From: Comamonadaceae bacterium
Lineage (GTDB): Bacteria > Pseudomonadota > Gammaproteobacteria > Burkholderiales > Burkholderiaceae_C
NCBI GenBank assembly: GCA_027483665.1
Contig: JAIXUC010000020.1
Span: 68,719-132,718, forward strand
DNA length: 64,000 bases
Reading direction: 5' to 3'
Part shown: positions 34,210 through 44,219 of the stretch, in pieces
Layout: every line of letters starts with the position of its first letter
Numbering within the stretch: position 1 is the first letter of the stretch
Position numbers and translations under genes: made by a program
The notes under the pieces: model-generated
Database searches by the model: none
What the model was told of the DNA's origin: nothing
What the model saw: only the letters and a program-made list of their open reading frames with translations

Positions 34210-35493
34210 TTACAAACCCAGAACGCGCGGCAGCCACAAAGAGATTTCGGGTACGTAGGTCACGATACCCAGAACGATCAGCAGCAGGCCGAAGAAAGGC
34301 AACAACGCGCGCACGACCTTCTCAATCGGCAACTTGCCCACGGCAGACCCGACAAACAGCACCGAGCCCACAGGCGGCGTGATGAGGCCAATGCCCAGGT
34401 TCACGATCATGATCATCCCGAAGTGCACCGGGTCCACGCCCACGGACACCACCACCGGCAGCAAGATGGGTGTGAGGATCAACAGCAAAGCGGCCATGTC
34501 CATGAGAGTGCCCAGCAACAGCAGGAGCACGTTGATGAGCATCAGAATGGCGTAGCGGTTGTCAGTGAAGGCAGTCAGCGCTGTGGTGATCTTCAGCGGG
34601 ATCTGCATCAAGGTCATGATGTAGCCGAAGCTCGCTGCAAAGCCGATCAGGATCATGACGATGGCCACGGTCTTCACGGTGCGGTGCATCAGCCGCGGCA
34701 GATCGCGCCACTTGTAGTCGCGGTAGATGAACATGGTGACAAAGAAGGCCCACAGCACCGCGATGGACGCTGACTCGGTGGCCGTGAACACACCGCTCAA
34801 GATGCCGCCCAGAATGATGACCATGGTCATCAGGCCCCAAAGCGCATCGACCGTGATGCGCAGCGCCTGCTTCAGTGGAATGACCTCGCCCTTGGGGAAG
34901 TTGCGCTTCTTGGCAATCCACAGGCAATAGATCGCCAGCGTCGCGCCGAGCAACAGCCCGGGGAACACACCGGCCATGAACAGCGCTGCAATGGAAATGG
35001 ATCCGCCTGCCGCCATGGAGTAGATGACCGCGTTGTGGCTCGGCGGAATCAGCGTGGCCTGGATGGAGCCGCTGACCGTGAGCGCGGTCGAGAAGTCGCG
35101 TGGGTAGCCCTTCTTGACCATCTCGGGAATCATCACCGAGCCGATCGATGCGGTGTCGGCCACGGAGGAACCTGAGATCGCACCAAAGAAGGTGGACGCC
35201 AAGATGTTCACCAGCGACAAGCCACCTCGGATGAAGCCCACCAACACGCCGGCAAAAGCCACCAATCGGCGCGACATGCCGCCCTCGGCCATGATGGCGC
35301 CGGCCAGCACGAAGAAGGGAATGGCCAGCAAAGAGAACTTGTTGACGCCGTTGGCGATCTGGATCATCACCGCCTCAATCGGCAGCTCGATCCAGACCGC
35401 GCCCACCAAGGCCGCCAGTCCCAGTGAATAGGCCACGGGCATGCCGATCGCCACCAGCAGCGCGAAACTGCCCAGAAGAACGAATGCGTCCAT
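34210..35493 (-). CDS. TRAP transporter large permease (DctM family)
   Basis: 427 aa, 12 TM, typical DctM N-terminus MDAFVLLGSFALLVAIGMPVAYSLGLAAL. Confidence 0.92.
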   Translation of the reverse strand: MDAFVLLGSFALLVAIGMPVAYSLGLAALVGAVWIELPIEAVMIQIANGVNKFSLLAIPFFVLAGAIMAEGGMSRRLVAFAGVLVGFIRGGLSLVNILASTFFGAISGSSVADTASIGSVMIPEMVKKGYPRDFSTALTVSGSIQATLIPPSHNAVIYSMAAGGSISIAALFMAGVFPGLLLGATLAIYCLWIAKKRNFPKGEVIPLKQALRITVDALWGLMTMVIILGGILSGVFTATESASIAVLWAFFVTMFIYRDYKWRDLPRLMHRTVKTVAIVMILIGFAASFGYIMTLMQIPLKITTALTAFTDNRYAILMLINVLLLLLGTLMDMAALLLILTPILLPVVVSVGVDPVHFGMIMIVNLGIGLITPPVGSVLFVGSAVGKLPIEKVVRALLPFFGLLLIVLGIVTYVPEISLWLPRVLGL

Positions 35494-35496
35494 GGC

Positions 35497-36021
35497 TCAG
35501 GCTCCCTGTTCTTCGGTGAGGTGTTCGAAGATGACCACGGGGCGCATGGTTTGCGGGCCAAAGGCCAGCTTTTCCAACACGAACAGCAGCGTGACCAGGC
35601 CGCCCAGCGGCACCGGCATGTAGGTGTAGCCCACCGGCAACCAAGGAAGTGCGGTGAGGGTTTGGTTCATGGTCTCCAAGCACAGCTTGGCGCCGTAGAC
35701 CAGCATGAAGAGGCTGGTGATCAGCATGAGCACGTCCACCGCTTTACCGCACAGGCCTTGCAGTGGCTTGGGGAGTCGGTCGGTGAGCATGGCCACCGCA
35801 ATGTGTGAGCCTGCGCGATAAGCCACCGCACCGCCCAGGAAGGTGAAAACCACCATCAACAAAATGGCAATGGGCTCTGGCCACTGGGCACCAAAACCCA
35901 GCACGTAGCGGGCGAACACGCCCATGGGGATGATCAGGCTCATGACCACGATGGACAGGCCTGCGATCCACATGCAGGCCAGGTAAACGATGTCCAGCGC
36001 GCGGGGGATGGTGTGTTTCAT
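35497..36021 (-). CDS. TRAP transporter small permease (DctQ family)
   Basis: 4-TM protein directly upstream of dctM. ATG 36021 is preferred because the GTG 36048 of the track ORF lies inside the dctP-dctQ hairpin. Confidence 0.85.
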   Translation of the reverse strand: MKHTIPRALDIVYLACMWIAGLSIVVMSLIIPMGVFARYVLGFGAQWPEPIAILLMVVFTFLGGAVAYRAGSHIAVAMLTDRLPKPLQGLCGKAVDVLMLITSLFMLVYGAKLCLETMNQTLTALPWLPVGYTYMPVPLGGLVTLLFVLEKLAFGPQTMRPVVIFEHLTEEQGA

Positions 36022-36030
36022 GGGGGTAAC

Positions 36031-36064
36031 AAAAAAAGCCGCCGACACAGCCTGTGCCGGCGGC
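36031..36064 (-). terminator. Intra-operon hairpin + U7 between the TRAP binding-protein and permease genes (attenuator/partial terminator)
   Basis: Minus strand reads GCCGCCG-(13-nt loop)-CGGCGGC followed by UUUUUUU, 11 nt after the dctP stop. Confidence 0.6.
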
Positions 36065-36074
36065 GAAGGTGGGC

Positions 36075-37064
36075 TTACTTGACGGCGGCGATGCGGCCCA
36101 TCAGCTCCGCATAAGGCGCGCCGTACTTGGCGCGCACGGGGGCGGTGGCGTCAAAGAAAGGCTTTTGGTCAACCTGGATGAACTCAACCCCGGCTGCCTT
36201 GAGCTTGGCCGTGTAGTCGGCCACGCTCTTGTCCCACAACACGCGCTGCTCCATCTGCGCTTCCCGGCCCAGCCGCTTCACCAGCGTCTGCTCGGCTGGT
36301 GTCAGCCGGTCGTAGGCCACTTTGGACATGACCACCAGTTCGGGGATGATGAGGTGGTTGGTTTGCGCATAGAACTTCGCACCTGTGGTGTAGTGGTTCG
36401 AGGTGAACATGCTGGGCGGGTTGTTTTCTGCGCCGTCGATCACGCCGGTCTGCAAGGCGCTGAACACCTCGCCGTAGCCCATGGCGATGCCGTTGCCGCC
36501 CAAGGCGTTCATGGTGTCCACAAACAGCGGGTTGCCCATCATGCGGACCTTCTGGCCCTTCAAGTCAGCGGGCGTGCGCACCGGCTTTTTGGTGTACAGG
36601 CTGCGCGAGCCGCCGTCTTGCCAAGCCAGTGCAACCAAGCGCGCTGGACTGGCGGTGATCTTGTCCAGAATTTCTTGGCCGATGGGGCCGTCGATGACGG
36701 CGCGCATGTGCGCTTCGTCGCGGAACACGAAGGGCATGTTGAACACGTTGACTTCAGGCACCACGGCACCGACCGGGCCCAGCGACGTGCGCAAGATCTG
36801 GATGGCACCAATCTGCGTTTGCTCGATCATGCTTTTTTCGTCACCCAGCACGCTGCTGGGGAACATTTGCATCTTGAATTTGCCGTTGGTCGCGGCTTCG
36901 AGCTTCTTGCCCATGTTCTCTGTGGCGACCACGGTGGGGTAGCCGGGCGGGTGAACGTCAGCCGCTTTGAGGACGGTCTGCGCGGTGGCTGCCAATGGCA
37001 GTGCCAGGCTTAAAGCGGCAACAGTGGCTGCTGCGCCTGCGATCAGGTGTCGGCGAAAGGTCAT
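36075..37064 (-). CDS. TRAP transporter substrate-binding protein (DctP family), probably for uronate/aldarate
   Basis: Signal peptide then LKAADVHPPGYPTVVATENMGKKLEAATNGKFKMQMFPSSVLGDEKSMIEQTQIGAI; DctP fold. Confidence 0.9.
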   Translation of the reverse strand: MTFRRHLIAGAAATVAALSLALPLAATAQTVLKAADVHPPGYPTVVATENMGKKLEAATNGKFKMQMFPSSVLGDEKSMIEQTQIGAIQILRTSLGPVGAVVPEVNVFNMPFVFRDEAHMRAVIDGPIGQEILDKITASPARLVALAWQDGGSRSLYTKKPVRTPADLKGQKVRMMGNPLFVDTMNALGGNGIAMGYGEVFSALQTGVIDGAENNPPSMFTSNHYTTGAKFYAQTNHLIIPELVVMSKVAYDRLTPAEQTLVKRLGREAQMEQRVLWDKSVADYTAKLKAAGVEFIQVDQKPFFDATAPVRAKYGAPYAELMGRIAAVK

Positions 37065-38125
37065 GGTTTGTCTCCTTGAGTGACCGGGTGGGTTTGGTTG
37101 TTTGCCGATACCTTCGGCGGAGGGAACTGGGAAAACTTGGGCTCTGGCACACCGGCCACCGACACCTCGCAGGCCATCAACAGGCCGCTGTCACCCACTG
37201 GCGCAACACTGGCCGGCGGCTGGATGGAAGTGACGAACAAGGTGCGCAGATCGGGGCCGCCGAAGCAGCACATGGCGGGCTTAGGTAAGGGCACTGGGAT
37301 CGATTGCAGCAACTCAGCCGAAGGCGAGAAGCGGTGGATCTGCCCAGCGTCGTTGCCGCAGATCCAGTAGCAGCCCTCGGCGTCCAGCGCTGCGCCATCT
37401 GGCCGGCCCGGCAGGTCGCGCATCTGCACCCAGACGCTGCGGTCGTGCAGTTCGCCCGTTGCCGGGTTGCGTTGAAAGCGCCAAATGGTTTGCACCGAGG
37501 GGTGCGAGTCCGACTGCCAGGCGCTTTGACCATCGGGCGAGAAGGCCAAGCCGTTGGGCGTGATGAGCCCTTGCACCAAAGGCCCGCGCAGGCCGGTGCT
37601 GTCCAGGCAATACAGGCCGCCCACGGCTGCGGCCAGCGACATGTCCATCACCATGGTGCCCACCCACAGGCGGCCATCGGGGTCGCAGCGGCCATCGTTG
37701 AAGCGCATGCTGGGCTGCGGGTGGTCGATGGCGGCCAGCAAGCGAACGTCAGCACTGCCCAAGGTGCGGACGGCGTGCGCTGAAAGGTCGCCTGTCGAGC
37801 CATTGACGGGTTCGCAGTCCTGCAAGCTCAACTCGAAGATGCCTGTTTCCATGGCCGCAATGACCGTGCCGCGCGTGCTTAAAGCGATGCAGCCTGGGCG
37901 CTCGGGCAAGCGCCATGACACCGTGCGTCCGGACGCCCCATGGTGGCGGCGCAACAGCCTGCCTTCGATGTCCACCCAGTACAAGCTGCCGCTGCCTGCG
38001 TCCCAAACCGGGCTTTCGCCGACGCGGTCGCGCAGGCCCTCAGCGCTGATGTCGCCCACCACGCGCCACGGGCTGTGCGCCACATGTGCGGTGGTGACTG
38101 GCGCGGCAGCAACGGCTGTGTTCAT
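37061..38125 (-). CDS. SMP-30/gluconolactonase/LRE-family lactonase (probable uronolactone/aldarolactone hydrolase)
   Basis: GESPVWDAGSGSLYWVDIEGRLL...RFNDGRCDPDGRLWVGTM...PNGLAFSPDG... are six-bladed propeller motifs. The ATG at 38125 overlaps the udh stop (ATGA). Confidence 0.85.
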   Translation of the reverse strand: MNTAVAAAPVTTAHVAHSPWRVVGDISAEGLRDRVGESPVWDAGSGSLYWVDIEGRLLRRHHGASGRTVSWRLPERPGCIALSTRGTVIAAMETGIFELSLQDCEPVNGSTGDLSAHAVRTLGSADVRLLAAIDHPQPSMRFNDGRCDPDGRLWVGTMVMDMSLAAAVGGLYCLDSTGLRGPLVQGLITPNGLAFSPDGQSAWQSDSHPSVQTIWRFQRNPATGELHDRSVWVQMRDLPGRPDGAALDAEGCYWICGNDAGQIHRFSPSAELLQSIPVPLPKPAMCCFGGPDLRTLFVTSIQPPASVAPVGDSGLLMACEVSVAGVPEPKFSQFPPPKVSANNQTHPVTQGDKP

Positions 38126-39003
38126 TCGAAAGGGCCTTGGCGCACGAAAGCGCCGCCTTGGTAAATCGCAGTGGGGTCGTTCAAGTCGGGGGCCGCGGTG
38201 CGGGCATAGACCGCTTCGCGGAAAACGTCGGAGCTGTCTTGCGGCACAAAGCCCACGTGCCGCGCCAAGCGGTTGTCCCACCAACTCACCGAGTTGTTGG
38301 AGGTGGCGAACACGATGGTGTGGCCCAGTACCGGCGTTGACAGGCAAGCCACCACGACCCGGTGCAGGTCTTCATAGCTGAGCCAGGTCGCCAACATGCG
38401 GCGGTCTTTCGGCTCCGGGAAGGAAGAGCCAATGCGCACACAAGCGGTCTCGATGCCGTAGCGGTCGAAATACAGGCGCGACAGATCTTCGCCAAAGGCT
38501 TTGCTCAGGCCATACAACCCATCGGGGCGGGCCGGTGCTGCTGCATCAATCGTTTCGCTCTGGCGGTAAAAGCCTGTCACGTGGTTGGAGCTGGCAAACA
38601 CCACGCGCTTCACGCCGTGCTTGCGCGCCGCCTCGTACAGGTTGTAGGCGCCGACGATGTTGCCCTGCAAAACCGCCGCCCAGGGCGACTCCACCGATAT
38701 GCCGCCCAGATGCACGATGGCATCAACGCCTTCCACCATGGCGTGCACCGCTGTGGCGTCGCCCAAGTCAGCCAGAACAATTTCTTCGCCTGCCTGCGCT
38801 GCGCCCAGCTCAGCCCGGTCACTCACGCGCAACACAGCGCAGTTGCCGCCAAGGCGTTGGCGCAAGACCCGGCCCAAACCACCCGCCGCGCCCGTCAACA
38901 AAATTCGGTGGTGCGTGCGGACTGCGGTGTGAGCGCTGTTGGCCCCGCCCGGCGCTGCCGCTGGGCTGGCGTCTGTGCTCGACGGTGGATGGGCGCTGGA
39001 CAT
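38122..39003 (-). CDS. udh: Uronate dehydrogenase (NAD-dependent SDR/epimerase fold)
   Basis: ILLTGAAGGLGRVLRQRL...IVHLGGISVESPWAAVLQGNIVGAYNLYEAARKHGVKRVVFASSNHVTGFY...ARPDGLYGLSKAFGEDLSRLYFDRYGIETACVRIGS is collinear with Agrobacterium Udh as I recall it. Start taken at ATG 39003. Confidence 0.85.
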   Translation of the reverse strand: MSSAHPPSSTDASPAAAPGGANSAHTAVRTHHRILLTGAAGGLGRVLRQRLGGNCAVLRVSDRAELGAAQAGEEIVLADLGDATAVHAMVEGVDAIVHLGGISVESPWAAVLQGNIVGAYNLYEAARKHGVKRVVFASSNHVTGFYRQSETIDAAAPARPDGLYGLSKAFGEDLSRLYFDRYGIETACVRIGSSFPEPKDRRMLATWLSYEDLHRVVVACLSTPVLGHTIVFATSNNSVSWWDNRLARHVGFVPQDSSDVFREAVYARTAAPDLNDPTAIYQGGAFVRQGPFE

Positions 39004-39119
39004 TGACCTGATCTTTGCTAGAGTTCGCCGACTGGGCCCAACGTTGTAGGTTGTCTGATGACTTTGGGCATTCTGAAAGTTGGCCGCTTGGGCTGTCAAG
39101 CGGGTTTCCCTCGATCTAC

Positions 39120-39881
39120 ATGCAAACCCTGAGTGACCCGTTGAGCCCCGTTGTGCCCCGCCGCCAAGGGGGCCGTGTGGCGGTCATGGTCGAGCACCTC
39201 GGTGCAGCCGTGCGCGAAGGCCAGCTGCGCCCGGCCGACAAGCTGCCGACCGAAGCCGAACTGATGGCCCGCTATGGCGTCAGCCGCACGGTGGTGCGCG
39301 AGGCCATTTCGCAGCTTCAAGCCAGCGGCTTGGTCGAAACCCGCCACGGTATCGGCACTTTCGTGCTGCCGCCCGCCGACAGCGGCAACTTCAGAATAGC
39401 CCGACAAGACCTGGCCACTGTGGCCGATGTGATCTCGGTGCTCGAGCTGCGCATCAGCCTGGAGACCGAAGCTGCCGGCTTGGCTGCCCAACGCCGAACG
39501 CAGCACAACCTGCAGGCCATGGCCCAAGCGCTGCAAACCTTTGACGAAGCGCTGCGCAGCGAATCCGACGCAGTGCCTTCTGACTTTCAGTTCCATATGG
39601 AAGTGGCCCGCGCCACCGGCAACCGGCACTTTGCAGACCTGATGACTTACCTGGGCACCATGATCATCCCGCGCACCCGGGTGAACACGCCGCGCAGCGC
39701 GCCCGAGGGGCGGCTGGCTTACTTGCAGCGGGTGCACGGCGAGCACGAGAACATTTACCAGGCCATTGACAACCAGGACGCCGACGCAGCCCGAGCCGCC
39801 ATGAGGACGCACCTCTCCAACAGCCGCGAGCGCCTGCGCCGCGCCCAGTTGGTCGAAGCAGTGCCCCCGCCGAGCTGGTGA
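39120..39881 (+). CDS. GntR/FadR-family transcriptional regulator
   Basis: [41 protein letters not shown] winged helix plus an FCD C-domain. Divergent from udh; start at ATG 39120. Confidence 0.88.
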   Translation: MQTLSDPLSPVVPRRQGGRVAVMVEHLGAAVREGQLRPADKLPTEAELMARYGVSRTVVREAISQLQASGLVETRHGIGTFVLPPADSGNFRIARQDLATVADVISVLELRISLETEAAGLAAQRRTQHNLQAMAQALQTFDEALRSESDAVPSDFQFHMEVARATGNRHFADLMTYLGTMIIPRTRVNTPRSAPEGRLAYLQRVHGEHENIYQAIDNQDADAARAAMRTHLSNSRERLRRAQLVEAVPPPSW

Positions 39882-39931
39882 GGCAAGCGCCTTGGTTGTA
39901 CGATGACTTGGTACTTACACCGTCTTTTTTC

Positions 39932-41305
39932 ATGAGCTCCACCACTGCTGCACCTTCTGGCGCGTCCAACGCCAAGACCCATAACACCCCCGTCATCACA
40001 GCGGTGCGCGTTATTCCAGTGGCTGGCCACGACGGCATGCTGCTGAACCTGAGCGGCGCGCACGCGCCGTTTTTCACCCGCAACCTGCTGCTGTTGACCG
40101 ACTCCTGCGGGCACACCGGCGTCGGCGAGGTTCCGGGTGGCGAGGCCATTCGCCAGACCCTGGAAGAGGCGGCCCCCTTGGTGATGGGCCAGCCTCTGGG
40201 CCGTCATGCCGCGGTTTTGCAAGCCATGCAAGCTGCTTTTTCCAACCGCGACAGCGGCGGTCGTGGGCTGCAAACCTTCGATTTGCGTGTGGCCATCCAC
40301 GCCATCACCGCCATGGAGTGCGCCCTGCTCGACTTGCTGGGCCAGTTCCTTCGAGTTCCGCTGGCGGCTTTGCTGGGTGACGGCATTCAGCGTGAACGGG
40401 TTCGCATGTTGGGCTACCTGTTTTACGTGGGCGATCGTCAGCGCACCGACCTGCCTTACTTGAGCGAGCCCGGTGCCGACAACGCGTGGCATCGCCTGCG
40501 CCACGAACCCGCCATGGACACAGCAGCCATCGTTCGCTTGGCCGAAGCAGCGCAAGAGCGCTTTGGCTTCGCTGACTTCAAGCTCAAAGGCGGCGTGCTG
40601 CGCGGCGAGGAAGAAATGGAGGCCGTGGTGGCGCTGGCCGAGCGTTTTCCGCAAGCGCGCATCACGCTCGATCCGAACGGCGGCTGGCTCTTGGCAGACG
40701 CGATTCGCTTGTGCCGAGACCGCCACCGTGAGCTGGCCTACGCCGAAGACCCCTGTGGCGCTGAAGGCGTGTTCTCGGGCCGCGAGGTGATGGCCGAATT
40801 CCGTCGCGCCACCGGTTTGCCCACCGCCACCAACATGGTCGCGACCGACTGGCGCGAGCTGGCGCACGCCATCACGCTGCAAGCCGTCACCATTCCCTTG
40901 GCCGACCCGCATTTCTGGACCCTGCAAGGCTCGGTGCGCGTGGCGCAAACCTGCCAGCAGTTCGGGCTGACCTGGGGCTCACACTCCAACAACCATTTCG
41001 ACGTTTCGCTGGCCATGTTCACGCACGTTGCGGCCGCCGCACCCGGCCAAGTCACGGCCATCGACACGCACTGGATCTGGCAAGAAGGCCAGCGCCTCAC
41101 CACAGAGCCGCTGCGCATCGAAGGCGGTGAAGTGGCGCTGCCCATGAGCGGCGGCTTAGGCGTCACGCTGGACATGGTGCAAGTGGAAGCAGCGCACCAG
41201 CTGTACTTGCGCCACGGCCTGGGCGCACGCAACGACGCCATGGCTATGCAATACCTGATGCCCGGCTGGGCCTTCGACCCGAAGAAGCCTTGCTTGGTGC
41301 GATGA
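39932..41305 (+). CDS. gudD: Glucarate dehydratase (enolase superfamily)
   Basis: [50 protein letters not shown]...FKLKGGV...TLDPNGGW...AEDPC...[16 protein letters not shown]. Confidence 0.92.
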   Translation: MSSTTAAPSGASNAKTHNTPVITAVRVIPVAGHDGMLLNLSGAHAPFFTRNLLLLTDSCGHTGVGEVPGGEAIRQTLEEAAPLVMGQPLGRHAAVLQAMQAAFSNRDSGGRGLQTFDLRVAIHAITAMECALLDLLGQFLRVPLAALLGDGIQRERVRMLGYLFYVGDRQRTDLPYLSEPGADNAWHRLRHEPAMDTAAIVRLAEAAQERFGFADFKLKGGVLRGEEEMEAVVALAERFPQARITLDPNGGWLLADAIRLCRDRHRELAYAEDPCGAEGVFSGREVMAEFRRATGLPTATNMVATDWRELAHAITLQAVTIPLADPHFWTLQGSVRVAQTCQQFGLTWGSHSNNHFDVSLAMFTHVAAAAPGQVTAIDTHWIWQEGQRLTTEPLRIEGGEVALPMSGGLGVTLDMVQVEAAHQLYLRHGLGARNDAMAMQYLMPGWAFDPKKPCLVR

Positions 41306-42339
41306 CGGCACCGCTCACATTGGCCGTGGTGGGCGCTGGCATGGGCAGTGCGCCGCACTTCGCCGCACTGGCTGACTTGGCCCGCACGTCGCCCGTGGTG
41401 GCCCGCGTGGCTTGGGTATGCAGCAGAGACCCGCAGCGCCTGCAAGCCGCCCAAGCACGACCCGATTGGCCGGCCGGTGCAAAGCCCACCACCGAGTTGC
41501 AACAAGCCCTGGACGACCCCGGCGTAGACGCCGTGTTGGTGCTGACCCCGCCCGACACGCACCGCGCAGTGGTTGAGCAAGCCGCCCGCGCTGGCAAGCA
41601 CGTGCTGGTGGAAAAGCCACTGGCGGCCTCACTGGCGGACGCGCAGGCTCTGGTGGACACCTGCGCTTTGCAAGGCGTGCGGCTGGCGGTCATGCTGCAG
41701 CACCGGCTGCGACCAGCGTCGCTGGCGCTGGCTGGGCTGCTGGCCGATGGCAGTTGGGGCGATTTGGTCAGCGCTTCTGCCAGCGTGCGTTGGTGGCGCC
41801 CGCAGAGTTACTACGACGCACCTGGGCGCGGCACCCTGGCGCGTGACGGCGGTGGCGTGCTCATGACGCAAGCCATCCATACGCTGGATTTGCTGCTGCA
41901 GTTCACAGGCCCGCCGGTTCAGGTGCACGGGTTTGCCGCCACCAGCCCAGTGCACCGCATGGAGTGCGAAGACACGGCGGTGGCCATTCTTCGATTCCAA
42001 GGCGGCGCAGTGGCCACAGTGGACGCCACCACGGCAGCAGCGCCCGGCTACCCGGAGTGCATCACGCTCAACGGCACCCGAGGCAGCGCCACGCTGCAAG
42101 CCGGTGGCCTGCACGCATGGGTTGAAGACGGCGCTGGCGGCTGGCGCGAGCTGCGCGCAGGTGCCACGCACGCCAGCGGCGCTGGTGCCAACCCCATGGC
42201 CTTTGATCACGCGCCCCACCGCGCGGTGATCGCTGACTTTCTTGAAGCCATCAAGCAAGACCGTGAGCCATTGGTCAGCGGTGCTTCTGCGCTGCTGGTG
42301 CAACGGGTTATCGGGCAGATTCTGGGGTCCGGTCCTTAA
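41302..42339 (+). CDS. Gfo/Idh/MocA-family NAD(P)-dependent oxidoreductase
   Basis: [15 protein letters not shown]...[33 protein letters not shown]. The ATG overlaps the gudD stop (ATGA). Confidence 0.8.
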   Translation: MTAPLTLAVVGAGMGSAPHFAALADLARTSPVVARVAWVCSRDPQRLQAAQARPDWPAGAKPTTELQQALDDPGVDAVLVLTPPDTHRAVVEQAARAGKHVLVEKPLAASLADAQALVDTCALQGVRLAVMLQHRLRPASLALAGLLADGSWGDLVSASASVRWWRPQSYYDAPGRGTLARDGGGVLMTQAIHTLDLLLQFTGPPVQVHGFAATSPVHRMECEDTAVAILRFQGGAVATVDATTAAAPGYPECITLNGTRGSATLQAGGLHAWVEDGAGGWRELRAGATHASGAGANPMAFDHAPHRAVIADFLEAIKQDREPLVSGASALLVQRVIGQILGSGP

Positions 42340-42424
42340 CACCTTGTTCGCCCCGAGGCAAAACGCCGTGCGCCCTGAGCTGGTCGTTGGGCTGGTCGAA
42401 GACGCTGGCGCCGCTCTCCAAACC

Positions 42425-42990
42425 TGGGCGGTGCCCGGCGGCGCGGGATCCGTTCTCCCGGCCTGCCTCGCGGGCGGCTGCTTTGGATGCTCAGGTGTTG
42501 CTGCGTGAACGCCTTTTGTGGCGTTCGCACGTGCTGGCAACCGCGAATGAGGCCTCCGCCCGGACACCCGCACCACCGGGCTTTGCGCAGCGTTTGAGGT
42601 AGCTGGGCGAACAGCCCGTGCGTCGAGTGAAGCAGTGGTTGCGTGCGAGCGCTCTGGCGCTGCTTCGAGTCCGGCGCGCACCAGCAGGCGGACCATTTCG
42701 CCACTCACAGGGGTCGGTGGCTGGAGTCGGGCGCAGGCCCGATTCGCGGTTGCCAGCACGCATGCGTTCTACAAAAAGCGTTCGTGCAGAAACCTGAGCA
42801 CACCAAGAACAGCCGCCCGCGAGCGTGGGCCGGAGAACGAGCCGGACGCCGACACCTGGCGCGAGGTCTAGGCCTGCATGAACCAAGGGCGCGGGCCGGA
42901 GAACGAACCGGACGCCGAGACCTGGTACGAGGTGCCGGCAAGCTCCTGCTGGAGGGCATCGAATCCGACACCTAGCGCGAGGTGTAGGCC
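42425..42990. repeat. Composite repeat cluster: about 135-bp inverted-repeat pair (42425-42560 vs 42730-42865) plus three copies of a 23-24-bp hairpin unit (42851-42874, 42917-42939, 42967-42990)
   Basis: By-eye alignment of the reverse complement of 42425-42560 to 42730-42865 gives roughly three-quarters identity (e.g. ATTCGCGGTTGCCAGCACG..., CAGCCGCCCGCGAG..GGCCGGAGAACG). Each arm has its own internal hairpin (GAACGCC-N7-GGCGTTC). The unit GACACCT[G/A]GCGCGAGGT[C/G]TAGGCC recurs. Confidence 0.8.
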
Positions 42991-43056
42991 AGCACCGGCA
43001 GGAGCACAAACAAGCCAACACCCATCACAAGAACCAGTCCATCGCCGCCCGTCAGA

Positions 43057-44178
43057 ATGACAACGCCAGACGAACCCCGCAGCGCATCGTTTCACCTACC
43101 ACTGCCCATGACCAACCCCGCACCCGCCTCACCCGCCGACAAATCCAACTCGGCTGCACCTGGGCCCATCCTGCGCACCCGCTTCACAGAGCGCTTTGGT
43201 TTGACCACGCCCGTGGCGCTGGCGCCGATGGCTTTGGCCTCGGGTGGTGCGCTCACTGCCGCTTGCGCCAACGCAGGTGCTTTGGGATTGCTCGGTGGCG
43301 CTTATGGCGACTTGGCTTGGACGCAGCGCGAACATCGGCTGGCGCTCCAGGGCGCGACCGAGCCGGGCCGCCCGCGCATGGGCGTTGGCTTCATCACTTG
43401 GAAGCTCGACGAGAGCGCATCAGCATTGGATTGGGTGCTCGATCTGCCGATGGATGAGCGCCCGCGCACCATCATGCTTTCCTTTGGCGACCCCAGTCCC
43501 TACGCGCGGCGCATCCAGCAGGCGGGTTGCGCGCTGATTTGCCAAATTCAGCGGCTGGAGCAGTTGCCCAGGGTGTTGGGGGCAGGGGCCGATGTCGTCG
43601 CAGCGCAAGGTGGCGAGGCGGGTGGCCACGGCATGGACGCGATGCATGGCCGCGCCACCTTCACCTTGGTGCCCGAGTTAGCCGACGCCCTGGCCGCGCA
43701 GTCGCCGCAAACGTTGCTGTTGGCAGCCGGAGGCGTGGCAGACGGGCGCGGACTGGCGGCGGCGCTCATGCTGGGGGCCGATGGCGTGTTGGTAGGTTCG
43801 CGCCTTTGGGCTGCGCAGGAAAGTCTGGCGGCCAAGGGTGCCGTGGACATGGCGCTGGCGACCAATGGCGACGGCACGGCGCGCACCGGTATCTTCGATA
43901 TCTTGCGGCGCAAAAACTGGCCTGCGCCTTATGACTTCAGGGCCATCCGCAACGCCTTGCACCGGTCTCTCGAAGGCGACGTGGCCGGCCTGCGCGCCCA
44001 GCCCGAAGAAGCCCGTGCCGCCTACGACGCCGGTGTGGCCGCCGGCGACTTCAGCCGTGCCCACGCCACGGTCGGCGAGGGCGTGGGGCTGATCAAGGAT
44101 GTGGCGCCTGCAGCCGAGTTGGTTGAGCGCATGACGCGGCAGGCGCAGGCGCTTCTCTCTGGCAGGGTTGGACGTTGA
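43057..44178 (+). CDS. Nitronate monooxygenase / NMO-family FMN oxidoreductase
   Basis: FGLTTPVALAPMALASGGALTAACANAGALGLLG..., VVAAQGGEAGGHG and LLAAGGVADGRGLAAALMLGADGVLVGSRL. The true start may be the second ATG at 43108. Confidence 0.85.
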   Translation: MTTPDEPRSASFHLPLPMTNPAPASPADKSNSAAPGPILRTRFTERFGLTTPVALAPMALASGGALTAACANAGALGLLGGAYGDLAWTQREHRLALQGATEPGRPRMGVGFITWKLDESASALDWVLDLPMDERPRTIMLSFGDPSPYARRIQQAGCALICQIQRLEQLPRVLGAGADVVAAQGGEAGGHGMDAMHGRATFTLVPELADALAAQSPQTLLLAAGGVADGRGLAAALMLGADGVLVGSRLWAAQESLAAKGAVDMALATNGDGTARTGIFDILRRKNWPAPYDFRAIRNALHRSLEGDVAGLRAQPEEARAAYDAGVAAGDFSRAHATVGEGVGLIKDVAPAAELVERMTRQAQALLSGRVGR

Positions 44179-44219
44179 TGCTTCGGGCCTGAGCGTCACC
44201 CCAAGTGCCCGCTTGCTGG

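Noticed and set aside
42336-43095. Several 70-176-aa ORFs in the oxidoreductase-NMO spacer
   Set aside because: All are Arg/Pro/Cys/Ala-rich, overlap each other in different frames and coincide with the inverted or direct repeats. They are better explained as non-coding repeat DNA.
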